Source: Ophelia neglecta
Lineage: Eukaryota
Assembly (NCBI GenBank): GCA_965285935.1
Contig: OZ260667.1
Location: 29,512,001 to 29,576,000, forward strand
Reading direction: 5' to 3'
Length of the DNA: 64,000 nt
Of this stretch, positions 12,201 through 24,200 are shown one piece after another. The position numbers were made by a program, and so were the translations under genes. The notes under the pieces were generated by a model. It did no database searches and was not told the origin of the DNA. It saw nothing but the letters and a program-made list of their open reading frames with translations. The stretch's first letter is position 1. Every line of letters starts with the position of its first letter.

Positions 12201-15200
12201 TGCGGTTCAAAAACCAAACGTGGATCATACCACTCTTGACGCAAATAAAAACTAACGGAATATTCCTAAAAGAGAAACAGTTGAGAAGAAATAAATGAAT
12301 AAAAGATAACTGTCCGGCCACCAAAGATCGAGTCAGTTTTCTAATATCCGCCCTTCAACTGGAATGAATCTAAACACATTTCTCTATTGCAGCGCCAAAG
12401 AAGTCGAAACAAGATGTGTTTGCGCATGCACTCCATCTGGCGTATTTTTCCATTTGTATACGTTTTACCCTCGTCAAGACAACACAAATTGCGTTAAAGC
12501 TATACCTTCATCACAGGCACGTGAGAAGGCTCCATGCGTTCGGGTAAAGGTATTTTAATAGTTTATGTTTGCATTCATTCATTATTTTTCATTCAATATG
12601 GTAAAGTAAATTAATCACGTACCATGGTCTGTTCACTGATGGAGTAAAAACTGTTGACGTATATACCAAGGCGTACTTCAGTGGGAGAGTCTGGAAGAGT
12701 AACGGAGAGAAACACCATATAAAACTAGTAAACGGTAGAAACCGCTCCTCGTCAGCATGCGAGTGAGCATGCGCCCGGGCTAAGTTACTTATAAGGCAAT
12801 GCTTAAAGTTATGTGTCTCTATTAAATTGATTTTAAAAAGGCAATGATATATAAAGAAAAAGTTCATCGGGCCAATTAATGACAGTCTGAATAACTGGCC
12901 TTAAGAACTTGCTATTTTATAACTTAATACGATGGAAAAAATAGTAGCTCAAAACTATCATAGTCTAAATATGACGGTATTTATAGATAACATATCTCGT
13001 TAAATATTGCAATTTCTAATCTAGATGTTTGAAAACCATGCTGTTTTTTCTCAACGCTAGGATGAGAAAACTAGTTGCAATACATATTAAGTCTAAGTGG
13101 CTTATTTTTTTAAAGAAAGTTTGTGCACGTTTTTATACAAAAGTGCGGTGGCCAAGGCATACGGCGCTCTACAAGAGGAACTTATTTGAGAGAGAAAGGT
13201 AAAGAAGAGAGCACAGGAGGCAAGCAGGTGGGCAGAGCAAGCTTAGCTACAACAATCACGATATGAGCACAGGAACTATACCAAAAACAAACAGGTATCC
13301 AATGTGTAGATTCGGTAATAAACATGCCAGATTACCATGTTTCCCAACAATAATTATTAAAAACATCCTGTCTTTTTTACAATAATATAAAAATAATATA
13401 ATCCATTAAACTATTCTTAGATTTTCATCATTTACATACTACTAATGGATAAAAGTTCAGCTTCAACTTCAAACTCCCATCATTTATTGAAGGAAACACT
13501 ACTGAGATTTGAAATAAAATTATAATTCAAACAATAAAACTTATAGCTCCAGTTAGTTAGTTTTGATATCAGAGAGCACAGTTAGTTGTTATGCCTTAGG
13601 TGCCTACAAACGCAACTGGTGAAATAGTGAAGAAAGTTAACCAAATGGTGTAAAGTGCAAAGATGCCTAGCAGCAGTGGTGATGTTGTTCAGGCATTAAG
13701 TCAGGCACGGCAAATTTAGTCATATTAAACAGCTTCAAGCTTGAAGTTTGCAAACTTGAAGTGAAGATGAACATGCGTGTTAGAAAAACGTAAAACCATG
13801 CGTCCGTGCACAGATATATGTACCTAACATAGGTGGGTCCTGCTTCGTGTACGAAGACAGTAGCCGGCGAACCAAAATATCTTGCCTGGCGAATAGAATT
13901 GTAACACGAACATTGTCCAAGAGTGTATCATATTTAACTAAATAAAACAAGGATAAAATAATATATCGTACAACTCATCAGCACCCACAGAAGGCCAGGC
14001 TAACGTGGAACAATGGCCCGGGAAATTGTCATGAGACAGACGGCTAGCACGAGATACTGGCTACGGTACATTCTTTTGTCAATTTTGCGCACAACACATC
14101 AAGAAATCAGTAACAATAACAGCAAATGTCATAGTATGATGTTAAAATACGATCAAAGTGTATATATGAAAGAAAGGGGCAAAAAATGACGGCACATTAA
14201 TAGAATCTATGAAGAGTGATTTCCCTGCAATGCTGTAGTTCCACGTAGCCTAATTTCTGCAACAGTTGGCACGATTAACAGGAAAGATGACGGACGTAAA
14301 GTAAAGTCAGTCATTGCAAACTGAATCCAGAGAGTACGAATCCGACATGCCGCACAAAGTGGACGCCTCCTAGAGCGAAATTCAGAAAGGAGAAAGAAAA
14401 GAGAAAGAGAGAACTGATAGCTCACGATGCTCTGGTATGGATTAACCGTTGCTCATGGGTTTGAATGCTGGACCCACGGGCACTGAAACCGAAACTGCCC
14501 ATCAATACTGTGCTACTTGACGAAGAGCTAACATAAAACTACAAGTGCGCATGTCGCATGCCTAGGCAGCAGTAACGCTCATCCTAGCAGGTTATTGGAG
14601 GAAACTTTTTGTAATGTCATTTTTATGTGTTGATATTTGGAATTAAAAACTTGCCAGTTCTAAGTTATTGATAAAGTTTGGAATTGTACATAGTGCCCTG
14701 GTAAATAGTCCCAGCTCATCCCAGAAGCGCACACGCTCAGGCAGATATGTGACTACAAATCAAGTTCGCCAGATTCAGACATTGCAAAAAGTTCCATCGC
14801 CGCGCAACCGACCAGTTTGATCAAAGGTCACGTGACTACACCACCTGATCCTCCCATTGTTTACCTTTCGATGGAGGTTCCTGTCGGTTGTAGCCCGTTA
14901 ATAAACGCGCAAGCACGCTCGTTCTTCTATAGAAGAGATGTCAAAAATGACAAAATTAGTGCTCTACACTATGGGGGTGCGTGGTTCTTTTAACTATTCA
15001 GAATAATAATCATCCTTTTAAAGGGAATTTAGCAATACTGAATACACGATAGGAAGGACACAGTTAGTTAAGTCCGGTAGGACTAGCACATTAAGAAGTT
15101 CAGGTTCCCCACAGATGATTAGAATGAATCAATACTAACTGCCATACACCCCCTTGTATGTACCATGCAACTAGAACAACCAACGTTTAACAGTTAAGTG

Positions 15201-18200
15201 TGCATAACGTGAAGGTTGATTCGCAGTCGATCGTAAAAAAGTGCACATGTATATTCAAGCAATTATGTCACAAGGTGGTGGTCCTGTTTCTGTTGGACCT
15301 ACGAAGAACTTTGTGTGCAAGAATTTATCAAGAATTATACACTGCGTTCAAACCACCTGGTGGCATGGGATTTGTCATATACCTACTAGGTTACACCAGT
15401 TTTGAAATTTTGACTCAAATACTGATGTTTACAATTCGAGAATTAACCAATAGATAGGTGAGGTATTGGGCTTGAAATTTTGCGTTGCAGGTATATGATT
15501 GTAATTATAACAAATTTCAATAATATCGAACGAAAGTGAATGGCACATATAATTCAAAAGAATAGTTACCAATCAACGTATGTACAAACACTACATATTT
15601 ATATTATATTATTATGATGGTCATAATTGTAAACATTGCAAAAGAAATCAACTACATTATACGTAGTATCCATTTAATATTGTTGATAATTATTAAATGC
15701 TCCATACTCCGCACTGAGTGAGTTATCATTAATGGCAATATAGGCATATAAAAAGAGAAGAGTAATAAATATTAATGTAAATCTTGACATCATTTCTAAT
15801 ATCAAGGTACGTTTAATTAAATAATATAGACATATATGTGTGCATATCTTTATTTATATATTATGCACAATAATAAGGTATTATTTATATAGATGGTCGG
15901 TTAGCATTAAGTGCATATCAAACTTTACATTTTTTATTGTAATAGAATTTTCAAATATACCTTAAACCGAAATCAATGTTGTCTCTATTACAACAGCTTA
16001 TGAACAGTTCAAAGCAATGACTTCACAAAGTAACAGATAAACCTAGACTATTTTTTAGAAGGGGATAAAACACTGAACCAAATGTGAACAAAAACACGGT
16101 CAGATTTAACATAATTTCAACCATAACATTAGACATATACACGAGTATGAAAAACTTATTAACAGGACAGTGTGAACAATGTGGAGACAGTTGGGGTTGT
16201 AAACATAAAAACGCCCAGAACGACTAATCCAGACTGCGCGTTGAAATGGATAAAGCTCGAGATGACTTTTACCATTTTTGTGCTATTCTGTGACCCAGTC
16301 TGGAGTGATCGAAGTGGGCTCTACTAAGTGCACGTTGTAACTACTGGGTCACCATGGTGGCTATTCTTGCTGCTAAGGCCTTTGCTGTGGATCGCGAATG
16401 AAGGTAAACAAATCTATAGCCTATAAAATACTTTGATCTGCCTGGATAATCTATCTTTAAGACGACTGGTTTTATACATCATGCTCTTTCATAAAGCTAA
16501 TTCAGTTGCCTTTATCGTGCTAAGAACCCTGACCGTTTGAATTACACATGATTGCCAATAATAAGGAATTACCATATATAGTGCTATGACATAGGATCAA
16601 TATACTTAACGGAGAAAATGCTTCTGAATGCGACTAACGAGAAGGAAGCAGAAGAACCATGCGTTGGTATTGTCCAAACAAATTATTAAAAAGCAATAAA
16701 GCTACTGTAAGATCATTCGAAACCAATTTTTCTCTCCATAAAATGGGCTGGGATTTTTAGGTTTCGAAGCTAATTAATGTATTTCAAATCAACCATGAGG
16801 GATTGAGAGGAAACAAACAAAGTTATTTAATATTTTGGAAGTTGCATTTTCATAAAGCGACGATTTAGTATTGGTCTTTGGGGTGTTTATTTATTGTGAT
16901 TTCTAACAACAAACAGAAGTGAGAAAAAATCAATTTAGATAAATGTGTGTGAGGTCAAACGAAATAGCAGGCTCTACGTTCTATTTTAGTGCCGAGATCT
17001 CGCGAGATATGGTCGTGCTGCTCACCTTATTTCTTTATCCTTTTTCTCGCTGAAGGAATTACAAGACGACACCTTAACCAGCATTGCTCAAGTTTTCAAA
17101 TTTATCATGTCAACTTTGATCTACAATAATTGCGAGTGAAAGACGACTACGCTTGCGCCACGACTAACACATTGCTCGACGCAGCTGTTCGTTTTCGGAC
17201 CCAGCGTCTTGGCCAGCCCATTTTACTGCCGTTCTATCTAAAACATATTACGCAATCAGTAAAAGAGAAAATGGGCTTTCACTCTGAACAAGTCAGATCT
17301 GATTGAAGAGCAGGATGCTCATAACCAGCGGCAGAATGCTTTCAGTCCCCTGGCAATTGCACAGTGTATTTGCAAAAGCGTGAAGCGTCAAAATAAAATT
17401 GGTGGCAGCGATTTGTCAGTCATTTACCATATTTATTGAAGTTGCCGACAGCCTTAATGCCTGTGAGCCCCGGAGGCGGAGGGTATATCAGAATAAAGCC
17501 TTTTTATCTCACACTGATATTTGCCACATTTTGATTGAATAAACGTGTCGCCTTAAACAAACTGTACACTTTTCTATTCAGAACGTAACACGATGCGTAG
17601 TTTTTTCACGGGCGTGTTAATATAGTGGAGTTTCGATTATTAACCATTTGGCCCGAGCTCGATAGCATACCACTTGAGGCTGGAATGAGCTTGTGTTAAT
17701 ATCTGATGCTTGTCCGATGCCCTGAGGTCAATGTGGGGAGAGGATGCCCATCAATTGACACCTCCTGCCTTGAGATCATACCCACCAATGACTGTCTGCA
17801 ATGTAGTTTAGTGATTTCATTATCATGCGAACATCGATTTTGTGTTCTAGGCGAGCGAATCGGGCTTTGATCCGATCCCTCGTTGACACGAATGATTAAT
17901 CTGAAATCAATGAAATACTTAATCGTCGGTTCATAAATCCATAATACTTACTATAAGCAGTTCGCTGAAAACTCAAACTCACGGTACGTTAAGCCAGCAA
18001 AAGGTCAGGAATGGGATAGCGAAGGCAATATGGCGTATTACCGGGCGTCCCTACCATACAGCTGAGGCGTACACATTAAAATTGCTGATCTGACCGAGCC
18101 TTCCGACAACTCGTTGGTCTTCGTATGCCATACATGTAGGCCCTCACCCTCTTATGCTAGGGCCATTAACTTGAAGGGACTCGGAAGCATTAGTCAAAAA

Positions 18201-21200
18201 ACGAGTCCGCGTTATAAATTATGTCAGGCATGTTTTTGCTACCCTATTGGCGATCACGCCACCTCATTTTCGAATATGTTTCGAGAGATGGCACAGGAGA
18301 AGACAATACAGGACGAGGCGGGGTGGGGAAGGATGTACGACACTTACAGGGTAGATAACCAGGGTGAGGCTCTGTCTGTCAGAGCTGGTAAAGACACCTG
18401 ATATATCACCGTGTCTGCTGTAGAGCAACGCAATAAAATTAATGTAAGACAAGGTTGGAACAACTGAAAGGGATTGAAAAGACGCATGTCGGGAACATCA
18501 AGCAGCATAAATTCTTAACATGAGTTTACACTATAGTAACGAAGCCACTGATCTCACTCTAGACAAGTATCTAATAGGAGTGCGAATTAGAATATTCATA
18601 TAATATGGGATTTAAGCCATTTTATACTCTACGTTTGTCTTCAAGCAATAGTCGGAATGATCCGTTATTTTCATGACGCTAAATTCCTTAAGCGATTGTT
18701 GAAATGCGCGGGAGACAAGCTATATTTGTGTCACCTGTAGGCTATAGCTTTCGGCGCAGGCATATCATACTGCGAACTATACAAATCTTATTTATTCATC
18801 TTACCCTATGTCTTGATTATTATAATCCTACAAATAATCAGAATATGAAACAAGTCGAATATCAACAAGCATATTAATGCGCCATTTCCTTCGTCTCAAA
18901 TTGGAATGCAATGATATGAGTTCAGCTGACAATTTGCTATCAATCCTTAGCAGTCGAAAACTCTTGAATGGAAACAAATGGATGTTCTATTCTACAGTAG
19001 CTATATTGACCTAAGCATGAACACTATCATAAGGACTTGTATTAGTTGTAATGCCTAAACCTGTGACCCATAGTGTATCAACATTTATTTGTAATACATA
19101 AATCTATACTGAGAGTAACATAATATCAAGAACAAATAATGATATGATAAAGCATCGGCGTGATAACCTTACGACATACATTAGAATCGGAAAACGTGCG
19201 AAACTGAACAAGATGAAATCGAGGCTGTACATGCGTCACGAGACGACGCTACACCAATGAAAAGTAGTGCAAATTGTCGGCTAACTCATGATCTCTGGGA
19301 ACTATTAACAAGAAATGGAAAAACAAAATCAACACGTGGCTTGGTGAACATCAGGCAGTCTCGTGTGTAGCCAAGCTTTTCTAGTCTGTATAGGTGTTTA
19401 CCAAATCATACACGACACGATCTTCCACATATAACCATGCGACCAGTTCTTTCTAGGTTTCCAATTTTGACAGTACATGTATTACCCTTTTATTTTCGCG
19501 ACATGCTGCGACTAATCCGAGACTGCCTGGTAAATCCACACCGTAGCAGTAATCATATACACCTCAACATTGCAACTGGACATTATAAAAAAACAAGAGT
19601 TAACTAGTTTACAAAGAGGTATTTCACTTACGAATCCGGGTCTTCGTGGCCCTTTTTTGCTTTCATACTTAAACGCCTTTTTTGTGCGCTGGACAAATTA
19701 ACAGTACAAATTAATGTTTAGAGTTATGCGGGAACATACTGAGGAAAACATTGTCGGTTTTTTTTCTTCCATTGGTTAAGGAAATGGTACACTTTTCACA
19801 AAACATTGTTTTAATTATACACGCATAGGACTGTTACACATTTTTAAATGCTGAAAAAACATATGGTGTGTGTGTTTATAAGGTCTACTACTCTTGAATT
19901 AAAGGCTATTCGCAATACACAGGGTTATAGATTGTGAGGGACGTAATAAAGGATAACACACATAATTTCTGTTGAGAGTAGTAATCCTGCCGTCGAGGAG
20001 CACTTGGCATTGCCAGGAAGCGGTATCTAAGAGGCAAACGTTGCGCTCTACAGGTCTAAATTACCAGTTAAAACCAACGAGACATATCACGGATTGCTTT
20101 ATATTTTTATTATGCAGGGTATAATCACAGTAGTATGTCGTTTGCATTTTTTCAAGTGCATGCTGTAGGGCGAGCTCATCTCAGAACAACAAAAGGCACC
20201 ATGTCATTCCGGAAGGCGCATCAATTTGCAGACGGTAGTGTTCCGATAAACATGTCAATGTTGGGAGTGCTTTTTTGACAGGGATTAGCTCTGTATTACA
20301 GGAAGTCAAAATGACAGATCTGTCTACACGAGACGCACGCTTTATTATCTAACCGTTTACCATGTCCGATAGCACCCATGGATGTAGTTATTTTGTCGTT
20401 TTCAATCATCACGAGGGATAGTAATGAGACCACATTACCCACCATGTCAATCTCTCTTTGGCCTACCTAGCGCCAAGCTTGTTTTTGTCATAACAATAAA
20501 TCGCAAGTTTTAAAAGCAAATCATGGCCATGTCCAATTCATTTCATTTTTTATTGATTGGTATCATTATATTAATGGACGCCAGTCTGGGCTGTAGCTGT
20601 GTCTGCTGGCCGCCCTTAAAAAGACAAGATTACATAAAAACTGTTTTAGGCCTATATAGTCATATTATGTCAACAGAAGAAAGAATCAAAATAATTGAAA
20701 ATTCTTCAACTAATTGCACTTGCACGGATTTTTCTGTAGATTATTTTGAATGGAGTGGTAATTCTGTAAAATTTGAATTGACTCGAGATAAGCCTATAGT
20801 CATATGATCATAGACCAGCGGAGGATAGGGTTTTAAGAAATTTCAAAACTCAGACCAACCATGGAAGACTACGTCATTCGAGTCAGGCTGATTACACGCT
20901 TGAACAAGCAGAAGAATGACCCGTTGGTGATCCGAATATTTAGGCCAATTATTGACTAGTTTGATGATCCTAAAAATATAACGACGGCCTATCAACGATT
21001 TGGTTGTGGAGACTGGCATTCTCGGCTTTGGGAGTCGAGTATATGGCGGCGCCATAGTGATGTGACAGAGATATAAGATGGAGAATGGACGACACGCGAG
21101 GGACTGGGGGAAAGGAATTCCATCGAACCAAATAGTACAAAACTTGGAAGACGGATTTTATGTTCTGTACATTTATAACTGCGAGACTATCCTCTGAACA

Positions 21201-24200
21201 AGAGTAGCCTAAGAAAAAGGTGACGGGCATCATGTCAATGAATATGTTGATTATGAGTAGGCCTATGTATGTCTATTTACTATAGTGGTCTCCCTGATCA
21301 CAGGGCTATTTAATGGAAACCGATAAAAATACACGACAGTGTGAAACACCGACAACTTTTGAGAGTGCCAGGAATTAAAACAACCCCGAATACTAGAGGG
21401 CCTAAATATTTGTATTCTGGCAGACGATGGTAAATATAGGCGCCCTTTTCCAGCTAAATTAAGTTGTACGTGACAGTGACGCTGATCATTGCGCGGACGT
21501 CAGCGATGTATTCTACTTGAGTCTTTGTTTGCTTTCCATGACTAGACATGGCTGTGGATTATTAGAGCACACAGAACTGCTTTTTTGGTGTTAGCTATAT
21601 TCAGAGAATTCTGTCGTGGGGAGGAGGTGGGGCGTGGGGCGTGGGGGGTGGGGGTGGGGGGTTGGAAGAGGGGAGGCTAGTAGGTCAGCAGCCGTGGCCG
21701 ATATCGGTTGATTGTCGGTTTACGGCATGCCTAGTGAAGGGCGAGCCGTTTTACGGCATGACAAGGGCGAGCTGATCTAAGGATTGCCTATTCTCGCGAG
21801 GAATGGGTCGTCAACACACCCCTAATAACCAATCTCTCGACACTCGCCGGGACCACAATATCCCCAAAGCCCGTTAGTGTCTTTAATATACATCAGCTGA
21901 GGTTTTCGCACGCGGCGCACAACACGCCAGGATCGTAGGCATATCCACTCTCCTCCTCTGGGAGAACGACATAATTTGCTGGAGGTTTAGCAGATTCGCC
22001 TAGAAAAGAGGTTAAAATATTGACAATTTCAACCAGAAAAGAAAAATCCCGATGTTCTGTCTTCCTTCACAAAGAAAAAAATAACCCCAGAAAACCACAG
22101 GCTTTATTGATGGCACAATACCTTGTGGGTTCTTAACATAATCAGCTCGCGCAGCAACGACAAGCGGCACGCCGATCTCGTCTGGACGAGACCTGCGACG
22201 TACTCTCACGAGACGAATGGGGGGATCGATTAGATAAGACCGACCCAGGCAGACAAATACTGTGCTGGGCTTAAGTTTCCATCCCGGTCAATAACGTGTA
22301 ACTTCTTGAATTCAGTAAGAAGGAAAATACGAATTAAGACTGCGCGCTGTGGCAGCGAGTTTATCTAGACTGTCTATCTGACTAATGCACACAATGTGCC
22401 GCAGCCCGTCACAGGGTGGAGATAAATCGGTAGATATACGGGCGATTTCAAGGCTAAGACAATGTCTTCAATTGAAGATTGTAACTGCACCAGATATATG
22501 CAATCAATGAGGGAACAGTCAAGGTCAAATTAGACAGCCAGCTAAGCCACTCATATGAGAGGCGCCAACGGGAATAAATTTAATAAGATTATCAGACTGC
22601 AATCAATGTCTGAGATTGATCGCATATCTGATAATTAATAATTGCAACAAGAACGAAAAATCTTATAAGGTCATACGGTTTAATAGCCTGATAGTTGACG
22701 GCTATGAAATGTTATCTTATTAATAATAAAAACATTTATCGAAATATTTTGCCAATAATCGAACGTCTGGGTATACGCAAACCTCACGTTAGGAAATATA
22801 TGTACTTAATTGGCTGTGTGCACCTTAGGCCTACCCCCTTCCGAGATCGATGGCCTAAATACCCCCTCCAATAATATGTGGAATGAGGCCGATGCCCTTG
22901 GCTTTGGTGGCGTTCGTGAGCTCGCTGTTAGCGAGCTAAGAGTCACAATGGACTTAAACACGAGGCAACCGGAAATGATTCTCGGCCCTAACAGACGAAC
23001 AGAATATTAACAATAGTCTGTTATTAGAGGCTGCAACCATGGGAGTCATTTATTATGTTTCAAATATAGTTATCACTGTGGGAGATGCTTTTCTACAGCT
23101 GTGCCCAAAGCATTAAATACAATTACAATGCATCATACATTTTTCATTATTACGGCGAGCGATGTGCGGTGACGCTGGACAAAACTCGATGTTGCGTTTG
23201 ACTGGACGAGCTGAACTTTCATCAACAAGCAATAACAGGAGAATGGTCGGCTAATGAAGCTCGTCGGGAGACAAAAAGCAGGCTTGAGAGGATGGCTAAA
23301 ACGCGCTCGGACGACCTCTGATAATGATATGCTTTTAAATGGGAAGCTCGTTGAGCCGTCAGTAGGCTCTCGAGAGTCGTAAATTGTCGTAAACCAGAGC
23401 TCTGAAGTGGTGGGTGGCGGTCTGAGCAGGACGTTGGTGGTCTTATCAAAGAGGACTCTGCAGGCTGTCGTCTGTCGTGCCTTGTCGTTATATATGTCTG
23501 GTTCAAATCTCCCCCACTCCAACGTGTGGCCTAACTTTTACATTAATGAGTATTTCTAAAGGATAATTCACGTACTAAGGCAGGAAGAGGATCTCTGTCG
23601 GTTCATATTTCACCAGAGCCGTGCAAGTCGTGCCGGCTGTGACGGAGCCTCTTGGAAGATAAGATAGGCAAAATATCAGCTTTTTCCGCCGCTAAGCCCG
23701 TAAAGGCAAATCTCACCGGCAGATAAAACAGAATTATTGATGACTCAAAATGTCATTATACCTTAGTCATTGTATATGCCGAAACAGTGAATAACCTTTG
23801 TGTTTGTAGCTATTTTGGCTAAGATAGGAAGAAACAATATAGCGTGGATAAAATTTAGGGATTGGCCTTTACTAATTTGAAAAAAAAATTTCCCAGACAC
23901 AACATTGACCGAACGAATTGCGCCGACTGAACATATGCATGAAACAACGAAAATGAAGACGAAGACACAGCCCAGGCCTTCAAGCTTTTAATGGGGGATT
24001 TTTCTCCTGGGTTACAAATTCAATACCTTTTGGGTAGAAATGGAATAAGGCAAAGAAGTGAGTACGCGAGTTGACTAAACCAAGTGCTGCCTCGCCGAAA
24101 GGGGTTAGAATGAGAAGACCGTTGAGAAATCAATACAGTGGTTGGCCTTTGAGGGTCAGTACCGATCTAAGCTGGCCCTAACACATTGTCTAGCTGCGAT

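Noticed and set aside
16272-16400. Alternative exon 3 ending in ATG|gtaaaa
   Set aside because: Translation ([11 protein letters not shown]) is not homologous to [10 protein letters not shown] and no suitable acceptor gives 68 nt.
23133-23522. 129-aa ORF containing YDSREP as an alternative helix-1 exon
   Set aside because: No fitting splice sites or further similarity; the true exon is 14865-14926.
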